A DNA stretch of 64,000 nt. Origin: Octopus sinensis. Lineage: Eukaryota. The notes under the pieces were generated by a model. That model did no database searches, had not been told where the DNA came from, and saw only the letters and a list, made by a program, of their open reading frames with translations. Below, one piece after another: positions 53,975 to 64,000 of the stretch. A program made the translations under genes and the position numbers. Location: contig NC_043014.1 in the NCBI RefSeq assembly GCF_006345805.1, positions 15,128,001 to 15,192,000 of the forward strand. Direction: 5' to 3'. Every line of letters begins with the position of its first letter. Position 1 is the first letter of the stretch.

Positions 53975-53978
<4 letters not shown>
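53691..53978 (+). mobile_element. Perfect 222-bp palindrome (53691-53912) plus ~65-nt tail, inserted in (TA)n; HHR-like motif in each arm
   Basis: 111-nt arms are exact reverse complements around AAAAC|GTTTT. The right arm at 53816-53878 reads AGATAA-CCGAAG-AGATG...CATCT-GAAA-CTCAGAG-TT-TTATCT. Confidence 0.9.
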
Positions 53979-54068
<90 letters not shown>

Positions 54069-54069
54069 G

Positions 54070-54113
<44 letters not shown>

Positions 54114-54139
54114 TATATATATATATTATATATATATAT

Positions 54140-54181
<42 letters not shown>

Positions 54182-54224
54182 CAAATGAAAGTCAGAAGAT
54201 GGAATATACGAGAATATATTATTA

Positions 54225-54327
54225 ATCACAACAATTGTTTCGACACATTTAGCATCGACTCCTCTTGTGGGATACACAAAAACTGGTTCAGGAGTATCCA
54301 TGGTGCACACGTATCTCGTTGGGTGAT
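54225..54327 (-). ncRNA. Degenerate type I hammerhead ribozyme with long stem II, in a ~310-bp insert in (TA)n
   Basis: Minus strand: ATCAC-CCAACGA-GATA-(long insert)-TGTC-GAAA-CAATTG-TT-GTGAT. Core has two substitutions; stem III palindromic (ACAATTGT). Confidence 0.65.
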
Positions 54328-55889
54328 AAATTAAAAAAAAACCTCGTTAAAATGACTGTTCCATCATGCAACTTTCCGTTTTGTAGAGAGAAAAACAGCC
54401 AGACGGAGGAAAATTGTTCATATATATAGAAGATCCAAAAATTAAATTGCAGAAGACAACAAAAGAAACGAACACTTAATCCAGAGAGAAAAATTATATA
54501 TGTATATATATATATACATGTATCCTTCATCATCATTATCATCATCATCATCTAATGTCTATTTTTTATGCTGCCATGGGTTGGACAGTTTCACAGCAAG
54601 TTAGAAGACTATGCCAAACTACTTGCTGTTTCAGCATGGTTTCAATAACCAGAAACCCTTTCGAATGCCAAATTTACACACACACAAAATTCAGTGCATA
54701 TATATATATATATATTATATATATATATATGCATACATGCATAAATCTACGTGGAAAATTTTCTCCTGAGACTAGTCCTGCAGTGAAAGGTTTTGTCATG
54801 TCCAAAGAACTCAAAAGTATTAAACATGACTCTACACAAATATATTTTATACTGCATTGCTTTGTGCTAATATGTGTATGCATGTGTGTGTGCATGAGTG
54901 TGGTGTGTGTGTTGTGTGTGTGTGTGTGTGTGTGTGCATGTGTGTGTATACATCTACACGCATGTATATATGCATGTGATTGCAGATGATTTGAATAATA
55001 AGTTTAAGAATAGCAATTCTTAATGCTGAGGATACCTACGTGAACAATTTCTTTCTTGAAATATTACCATTTCTCTCTGATTGAGATATATACATATATA
55101 TTTATGTATGCATCATCTTCATCATTTAGCATCCGTTTTCCATGCTGGTAAGGATCAGATGGTTTAACAAGAACTGGTAAACCAGAGAGCTGCACCAAGC
55201 TCCAGTTAGTTTTGGCTTGGTTTCTACAGGTGGATGTCCTTCCTAATGTCAACCACCCCATAAAATTTATTCATTGTATTTTATGCGTCACCGGAATGGG
55301 TGCCTTTTATGTATCACCAACACAGGCACCTTTCTTGTGTCACTGGCACATTCGCCTTCCATGTGCCACCAGCACAAGCGCCTCTTATATATCACCAGCA
55401 TGGATACCTTTCATATGTCACCAGCACTGGTTGCAACTATGATTTCACTTAGCTGGATGTGTCTTCTCAAGCACAGTAAATTACTAAAGACATGTAGATA
55501 ACTGTTTATAATATTGGAATGGAATCCGTCCCTTACCATTCCTGCCTAAGGACTTAAACCTGTGGTGACTAACAACATGTTGTATTAAACTCAAGCAAAA
55601 CAGGGTTTATTTAATGAGACACCCTTTGTAAAATCATCTGATGAGACACTTCTGCACCAACAGATGCACCACAACCAGTTATACAGTATCCCACCCATGA
55701 GGGATTGATGCAGAATGGGTTGAAATGATTATTATGAGCAATAAAGTTTCTCATATATTCCATTTTCCATCTATGTCATTTGCTATATATATATGTGTGT
55801 GTGTGTATATCTATCTATCTATCTATCTATATATATATATATACATACATATATATATATATATATTATACATATATATATATATATAT

Positions 55890-56102
55890 ATTCTTTTACT
55901 CTTTTACTTGTTTCAGTCATTTGACTGCGGCCATGATGGAGCACCATCTTTAGTTGGGCAAATCAACCCCAGGAATTATTCTTTGTAAGCCTAGTACTTA
56001 TTCTATTGGTCTCTTTTGCCAACCGCTAAGTTACGGGAATGCAAACTTCCACCATCGGTTGTCAAGTGATGTTGGGGGGGACAAACACAGACACACAAAC
56101 AT

Positions 56103-56142
<40 letters not shown>

Positions 56143-56354
56143 TCTTTTACTCTTTTACTTGTTTCAGTCATTTGACTGCGGCCATGATGGAGCACCATCT
56201 TTAGTTGGGCAAATCAACCCCAGGAATTATTCTTTGTAAGCCTAGTACTTATTCTATTGGTCTCTTTTGCCAAACTGCTAAGTTACGGGAATGCAAACTT
56301 CCACCATCGGTTGTCAAGTGATGTTGGGGGGGACAAACACAGACACACAAACAT

Positions 56355-56405
<51 letters not shown>

Positions 56406-56567
56406 CATATATATGACAGGCTACTTTCAGTTTCCGTCTACTAAATCCACTCACAACGATTTAGTTGGCTCAAGGCTATAGTAGAAGACACTTGCCCAAG
56501 GTGCCACACAGTGAGACTGAACCCAGAACCATGTGGTTCATAAGCAAGCTACTTACCACACAGCCAC
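55890..56567 (-). mobile_element. Family A SINE with near-identical tandem duplication of its ~250-bp 3' half
   Basis: 55890-56140 repeats at 56141-56390, with (TA)n at the junctions and shared variants GGCCATGATGG and GCAAACTTCCACC. Confidence 0.9.
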
Positions 56568-56583
56568 ATATATTTATATATAC

Positions 56584-56745
56584 TTTTATTAAAGCTGCAA
56601 AATTATCACAAAAACTGATTACCAGAGTTTCACGTTCCTGTTCATCGACAGTTGTGAAGAAAACTCAGCTTTAATAAAACCATGTTACTCTACTTTTGGT
56701 AGTGGTAGGTAAGTACTATTTTTCCACCTTGTTTTGCACTTATGG
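56584..56745. mobile_element. Short PLE-like insert with inverted ends and degenerate HHR (minus, 56613-56653)
   Basis: TTTTATTAAAGCTG / CAGCTTTAATAAAA; minus strand AACTGT-CGATGA-ACAGGAACGT-GAAA-CTCTGG-TA-ATCAGTT. Confidence 0.55.
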
Positions 56746-56751
56746 GCTCAC

Positions 56752-56792
<41 letters not shown>

Positions 56793-57315
56793 TGCGTGCG
56801 TAGGTCAGTCATCAAAAAATAAGAAAAAAACCACACTCTTTATGTATTTGAGTAATAAATTCTTTGGCTATATATTAAAAGCTACCATTGGTTTCATGCT
56901 TATCATTACACTTGGCACTAGTAGACAACTCATCAGGCTGGCATGTAGCACACACCCTCTTTACTGCTAGGCATAGTCATGTTTTTGGTTGAGTGACCAA
57001 GATCATATAATTCCATGTTCATAAAGAGAATACAGAGCAATTTCTTTTGTGATTATGTACATATATATATATATATATATATATGCATAGCTGGCAGAGC
57101 AGATATAAAACACAAAGTACATGCTGGGCCTATTGTGATACACTCTGCAACCAGGGGAGTTGCGAAATATTGGTCAGTGGTCATAAATCAGAAAAAGAAA
57201 GTGTTCCCTAAAAGAAATTTTCAGCAGTTATACTTTTATATATCTGAGTAGAATACTCTTCTGACTAGTTATTACCATAACCAAGGATATACTTGTCAAA
57301 TACTCAAATACATAA

Positions 57316-57361
<46 letters not shown>

Positions 57362-59077
57362 TAATCAAAGTGTACAGTATTGCATATCCATTGCAGCCAA
57401 TCTTACCAAGTGGTTTTGCAGTAGAGGTTCAACAAGATGTTAGCTAACAGCCTGATTATATAACTCTGCCATCTTCAGAGATGGCAGTTATGGAAGAAAA
57501 TGTGGTGACTGCTTGCTATTGTTGGAGGTGAAAAGACACATCTAGTTTGTGGTTGCTGTGAAAAAGACAATGAAATGAACTGAGCAAGGGTTCATTTAAG
57601 AGTTATGTCCCTTGGCACCAAAAACCACCTTGGTGGGTGTTGCAAGGCAATGAATTTTCTGGAAATGCGTTTATGAGAAATGTGTGCATGTTTTGGGATT
57701 GGTGTTCTTGTAGAGTTGGAATGTGTGCAGCGGTACTATATGTGTAATGTTTTTTGGCGGTGGGGGAGGTGAATGCCCAAAGGTCACATAAGTGTTTGTT
57801 TATGCTTTGGTTAAATTCTCTGGAGTATTTGCGTAGGTATGGTGTGTGTGTAGAGAAACTATATTTGTGAGGGCTTATATTGAGTGGGGTTGAAAAAAGG
57901 GTCTATTAGATGGATGTCCACTGTGTTAAGGGCATATGTATCTGTAAGTGTGTTTGTGTATATTTTGATCAAATGCTTAGCTGGGTTCCCTAGTATTAGT
58001 AATGGAAGAGCCAAAGTTGAGGAACTAGCAGTTATAATGATGGGGCACATGAAAATAATGTTGGGTCACGTGGCTTAGTAGTTAGGGTATTGAACTCATA
58101 CTTGTAAGATTGTGGTTTCAATTCTAGGCAATGTATAGTGCTTGTTGGCAAAACACTTCATTTCATATTGCTCCAGCTTGCGAAAATTAGTTATCCTGTA
58201 TCGCTGCAGTGGATCAGTATCCTGTCCAAGGAGGAAATATATGCACCACAAAACCTGGAAAACGGGTCACATGAGCCGGTGGCCTATGGCTTAGGAGGGA
58301 CCTTTGATCCTTTTATATATATACACACACACACATAAATAAATATAGTCATTTGTAGTGATTAAAAAGCTACCTAACCATACTTACTCTTCCTTTTGAC
58401 TCTTTTACTTTTTATTTTTTGTAAATAAATATACATATATATGCACCCATACACACACATACATCATAATCATTTAACATCTGTTGTCCATGCTGGCTTG
58501 AGTTGGACGATTTGACCAGGGCTGGTAAGCTGGGACACTGCACCAGGTTGAGGTAGGATTTGTACTCTGACTTCATACAATCCTCACCAACAACGATTAT
58601 CCAAACAGATCCATGGGTTGGAGGGTTACCTCTAGGAGTGGTGCAAAGGTCTCGACCACCAGGAGTAGGGAATTATTGACAAATAGTGGATGCAACAATG
58701 TGCTGTTACAGCACATGGCCCCATTACCTTCATCACTGCATAGTGAACTTTTTAACCATGTAGCTATGCCTGCATCCATAAGAGAAAGCATGGCTTCAGA
58801 AAGTCATTTCATAAATTATCAGATTTGTGTGAGATATTGATTACACTGTGTGACTGTTTATCAATAGTATAATGAACATCCTGTTACATATACAATACTA
58901 GCAAATATTCTTTTTACGTCATTTTAAAACTGAGGTGTACAAGTCAACAACAGAGCTTAAACATGATGGCTTACCCTGCAAGAAATAGCAGCAACTAAAT
59001 CTCCTGAAAGTCACACCATGCTACCTTGAAATAGGAAGGACTCGGAGACTTTGCACGACGTTGTACAAGCAAAAAGG

Positions 59078-59109
<32 letters not shown>

Positions 59110-59479
59110 AGATGGGATGGTCACACAGGAATGTTTTTGATAATAGGTTGACTCATTTAAAGGCTGATCAAGGGTCATACAATGACAACATATACATAGC
59201 TATCATCATCATTGTTTAACGTCCACTTTCCATGGGTTGGACGATTTGACTGAGGACTGATGAATTAGATGGCTGCACCAGACTTCAATCTTGATCTGGC
59301 AGAGTTTCTACAGCTGGATGCCCTTCCTAACGCCAACCACTCCGAGAGTGTAGTGGGTGCTTTTACATGGCATGAATTTTAATGAGATCACAATATTTAA
59401 TAACTAAGGCATTTGTAATCTTGTGCCTATGTTAGAAACTGTCCTCACATTGATATAATTATTAAAATCTTGTACTGTA

Positions 59480-60645
59480 AGGTGGTGAGATAGATGGATC
59501 ATTAGTGTGCTAGATGAAATTCTGAGCAATATTTTCTCCACCTTAATGTTTTGTGTTCAAATTTTGCCAAGGACGATTTTGTCATTCATTTTTTTGGACT
59601 CAATGAAATAAAGTACCAGTTGAAAGGCAGCGAGCTGACAGAAACGTAAGCATACTGGGTGAAATGCTTAGCAGTATTTCATTCTGAGTCCAAATTCCAC
59701 GGAGGTTGACTTTGCTTTTCGTCCTTTCGGGGTCGATAAATTAAGTACTGGTTATGTACTGGGGTTGATGTAATCGACTTAATCCCTTTGTCTGTCCTTG
59801 TTTGTCCCCTCTGTGTTTCGCCCCTTATGGGCAATAAAGAAATAAGAAACATTAGTACGCCGGGTGAAATGCTTAGTGGTATTTCATCTGTCTTTACATT
59901 CTGAGTTCAAATTCCGCCGAGGTTAAGTTTACTTTTCATCCTTTCAGGGTCGATAAATTAAGTACCAGTTGCGTACCGGGGTCAATCTAATCGACTGGCC
60001 CCCTTCCCCAAAATTTCGGGCCTTGTGTCTAGAGTCGAAAAGAAATATGTACCAGGTGAACATTGGCGTGTTGTAATTGACTAGAACCTCTTGCCCAAAA
60101 TTTCAGGCCTTATTATTATTATTAAGGCAAGGTTACATGGCTTAGTGGTTAGGGTTTTGCACTCACAATTTTGCAATTATGATTTCAATTTGTAGACCAG
60201 GAGGTACATTGTATTCTTGAGCAAAACACTTCATCTCAAGCTGCTCTATAATCAGTTTGATACCTGAGGTGTGGCACACAGTGCACCTGTTCAGGTAACA
60301 TCGATTTGATAGAGAGTGAGCTAAGGTGTGGCGCAAACATTTGATCAGTATAAACAAATCTTTTGTGCAGGTCGCTCGACGAAAGCTGAATACTCATATG
60401 TTATCTTTGATGGGAGTGGCCATCACTATTAAGGTTGTGGTCTAGCAGAATTGCTAGCATGCCAGGCAAAATGCTTTGCAGCATTTCATCTGTCTCTACA
60501 TTCAGAGTTTAAATACTACCAAGGTTAGCCTTGCCTTTCATCCTTTCAACGTTGATAAAATAAGTACCAGCTGAATACTGGGATTGATGTAATTTACTTA
60601 CCATCTCCCCTGAAACTGCTGGCCTTGTGCCAAAATTTGAAACCA
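59480..60645 (+). mobile_element. Cluster of co-oriented family B SINEs plus a tRNA-headed SINE (60125-60420)
   Basis: Repeated GAGTTCAAATTCC...TTTCATCCTTTC...TAAGTACCAG blocks. 60125-60420 is similar to 61972-62250. Confidence 0.8.
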
Positions 60646-60657
60646 TTATTATTATTC

Positions 60658-61960
60658 AGTAGTTTTATTTTTATTTTGTGCTTTCACTTCACTACTGAGC
60701 ACAGCTCTGTGTGCCTTGGGTATGTGCTGTGGTTTGTTGTGATGCTCTGACGGTTACTAGGATGTGTGCAGTGCCTAGTAGTGTAATTTTCTGTATGTTA
60801 TATATATAAGTCCTGATGTTTTTGTTATGTATTTGTCTGGATATTTTTTTATCATACCTAATGCACCTACTATAATAGGAATTGTTTCTGTTTTTAGATT
60901 CCACATTCGTTATTTCTGTTTTTAGATTCCCATTATTATTAATTATTATTATTGTTATTACCTTATTGCTATTTTTAATTCATACTTTCATAGCACTATT
61001 GAGTGTAGTAACTTTGTATGCCTTGGGTATGTGTGGTACTTTGTTTTTGGTTTTGTTTAGTTTTACTGAGTGAGATATGTGATATGTGGGTAGTGCTTTG
61101 TAGTGCTATACTCTATATCTTGTATGTTGTACATAATTTTAAATCCTGGGATTTTAGTTAATTCATGAAAAAAGCACCCATTACATTCTGTAAATGGGTT
61201 GGCATTTAGGAAGGGCATCCAGCCACACAAACTATGCCAAAGCAAGCACTGGAGCTTGACTCAGTCAAATCTTCCAAGATTTATACCTGCATGGTATAAA
61301 GGATGTTAATGATGAGATGTTTCTTTTACCAATTTAAATGCTGGAACTGGTACATTATGTACCAGTACCTGCAATTCTAGCATCCAAGTCAGTCTTTTGC
61401 TTCCAGTTACTTTAGCACTTTTGGAAATATATTTGGCATTAGAAGGGTATCCAGCCATAAAAACCATTCCCAAGGCACTTTTTACAGAAACTATTTATGA
61501 TTTTAGCTTCCACGTTCAGGTTATCTGTATTTCCAAATCTCTATATTAGGTAATTTTTACACTTCATTGAGAGATATATTTATCATCAGCTGAGACTGAT
61601 ACTTTCATCATGACGCCTTTCCTTTTTTCGTGATCCTTGATAACAATATCTGATTGATTGGGCTTAATTTTCATGTGTGTTTCTTTTGGAATATCCCAGA
61701 TTACTGTTGCTTTGTCATTGTCAGAGACTTTTCTGAGTGTATGCACACAACCCTATTATTATTATTTTTATCATTCTTTTAACTCAGGTTTAGTTGGAAC
61801 TCCAGGAATCTTGCATGTGTAGCGAGCTTGCTACAGCCTACGGTACAGCCTTTTTACAACTGTCTAATACTTTTCTGATGATTCTGGCCATGCCAAGGAG
61901 GCAAACCTTTGTGACAGTTCTACTGGGTACTCTATTCCCATTTTCTTTATATTCCTCTTC
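60658..61960 (-). pseudogene. R4/Dong-clade LINE fragments: restriction-like endonuclease region and several 3' ends with (TAA)n tail
   Basis: KATVIWDIPKETHMKIKPNQSDIVIKDHEKRKGVMMKVSVSAD (PD..D-type RLE motif, 61564-61746); YNIQKITLLGTAHIL (~60760-60810); related C-termini at ~61070-61155 and ~61865-61940. Confidence 0.75.
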
Positions 61961-63309
61961 ATTATAATTATTAGTGGTTAGGGTGTTGCACTCACAATCA
62001 CAAGATCATGGTTTCGAATCCTAGACCGGGAGGTGAATTGTGTTCTTGAGCAAAACACTTCATCTCACATTGCTCTGCGATTGCTTTGACACCTGACACA
62101 TGGTACACAGTGCACCTGTCTAGATAATGTTTATTTGATGGAGAGAATGAGCTAACGCGTGGCACAAACATTTGATCATTATAAGCAAATCGTTTGTGCA
62201 GGTAATTCACCAATGGCTGAATGTTCTTACATCATCTTCAATGAGAGACCCCCACCATTATCATTATTATTATTATTATTATAAAGGTGGTGAGCTGGCA
62301 GAATCATATGTGCTTTGGAAACAATGCTCAGTGGCATTTTTTTTTTTTTGTTCTTTACACTCTGAGCTCAAATTCTAGGTGTCCAAACTGGGAGACAATC
62401 AGACACAAGTCTTTGTGATAAATACTTAAAGGCAGATAAAATGCTTTCTGGCCCTTCTAGTTCTTTATAGTCTGGGTTTCAATTCCACTAAGGTCAACTT
62501 TGCCTTTCATTCTTTCAGAGTTGATAAAATAAGCACCAGTTAGGTACTGTGGTTGATGTAACTGATAAGAACCTTCCCAAAAATTTCAGTTCTTGTACCA
62601 AAAGTAGAAAGAATTATTATTATTTTTAAGGCTGTGAGCTGGCAGGATAATGTGTGCATTGGCCAAAATGTTTAGTAGCATTTCTGCTGGTTCATTACAT
62701 TCTGAGTTCAAATCCCACTAAGGCCAACTTTGCCTTTCAGCCTTTTAGTGCTCATGAAAATAAAATACCAGTTTTGTACTGGTGTTGATGGCATCAACTA
62801 ACTGTCTTCCCCTAAAACTGATGATGCTGATCAAGATATAGAAACCAAACCAAAAATGATGTAGTCTTCTGACTTGTCTAGGAAGGCAGACTTTCACCAT
62901 GATGATCCATCCAACCCATAGTGGCATGGAAAATGGATATAAAATGATGCTGATGATGATGGATGTGAAGAAAAATGAGAGCTCACAGACAAATCCCAAA
63001 CTGATAGGTCAGAATAATCAAGGTTAAAACACACAAAAAAAATCTATCAGCTGTCATTTTGTTCAAGATTTCTCAGGAAAGATCTCACTTAGGTGCCACT
63101 TTTACTCTCCCAATGGAAATATGGCTCTGTGGATTATTTCTAGCTCGTTTTGTTGACTACTTATGTGCCATAGACAAGGATGTCCCAGGGCTACAGAACA
63201 ATGACAGCAACACTTACATAGGTGCAGACATGGCTGTGGGGTTAAGAAGCTCACTTTACAACTGTGTGGTTTCAGGTTCCATTTCAGCAAGTCTTCTATC
63301 ATAGCCCTG

Positions 63310-64000
63310 TTGACAACTGTGAGTTCCTGGTGAATACAGAGATGCCCTGTCAATGACACTTTGCTTGATGCTGGGAAAAGTTGTTCTGACGATCACGGAA
63401 TCTCCTGATGAAACAGGACAGAGAAGTGGAGTTTTCTCTATCCTTGCACCTGAAGGAGTGCATATGCTTTGTATCCTTCTCCTTGAAGTCATTGGCTGTC
63501 GTGCCTATGCAGTGTTTTGTGATGCCATCAGATGGTGTGAGGGTGTCTCTATCAACCACAGCCCATGAGAGGCAGTATTCTGCCATAGGGCAGTTGGTAG
63601 GATTTCTATGGTTACAGGTTGTGGTGTGTATAGGAGCCTATGTAGCTGTGTTTGTGTATATTATAGAATGTGATATTAGAAGTGATGTTGTCTAAGCAGG
63701 AGTAACTGACCGTGACATTGTGGAGGTTGAAAAGTTTATAATACTTATGGGTTATAGGGAAATGTCTTTTTAATTAGCATCAGGAAGCTCCTGCTGTTGG
63801 TTCAAGCTATACAACTTCCAGATATAATAGTGACAACTATCTACCAACATCTTGTTCAACTACGTGGGCCTAAGAACAAAGAAAATAATTGATGTTGCTT
63901 CCAGACCAATAACACCACATGATCTGTGTTGACCAACAGAGGCTTAACATCTAGAAGCTATCTTGAATATGTCTCATATGCTTTCCCTCAAGATGCCTGA
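63310..64000 (-). pseudogene. Penelope-like element remnant (RT-EN linker and GIY-YIG), different lineage from 20905-21267
   Basis: Minus strand reads ...THKYYKLFNLHNVTVSYSCLDNITSNI...CLSWAVVDRDTLT...HCIGTTANDFKEKDTKHMHSFRCKDRENSTSLSCFI...IKQSVIDRASLYSPGTHSCQ, with frameshifts. Confidence 0.8.

Noticed and set aside
55631-55670. CTGATGA motif (another at ~63405)
   Set aside because: No stem II followed by GAAA and NUH; the second lies within PLE coding sequence.
57450-57500. Hairpin ATAAC..CTGCCATCT/AGATGGCAGTTAT preceded by CTGATTA
   Set aside because: The core deviates at essential positions and no stems I/III are evident; surrounding 57360-58050 may be an old LINE fragment but I cannot assign it.

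Overview
Repeat-saturated, AT-rich animal genomic DNA. The tRNA-derived SINE families and the very high microsatellite load point to a cephalopod, most likely Octopus (inference). I find no intact protein-coding gene; almost all tracked ORFs are microsatellite or SINE artefacts. Identifiable elements are several SINE families, RTE, R4/Dong and CR1/Jockey-like LINE fragments, two Penelope-like (PLE) GIY-YIG remnants, an internally deleted mariner, a decayed GC-rich hAT transposase, TTAA-flanked MITEs and a 3.4-kb higher-order tandem array. The most striking signal is about 9-10 type I hammerhead-ribozyme (HHR) motifs in short, mostly unrelated ORF-less inserts. Several share one architecture: inverted arm, HHR-bearing arm, unpaired tail, with either 13-bp target duplications or (TA)n targets. 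They include a perfect 222-bp palindrome, an HHR with a fully canonical core and extended stem II, and a PLE end where a tRNA-like Pol III head lies just upstream of the HHR. All folds and alignments were read by eye, not computed.
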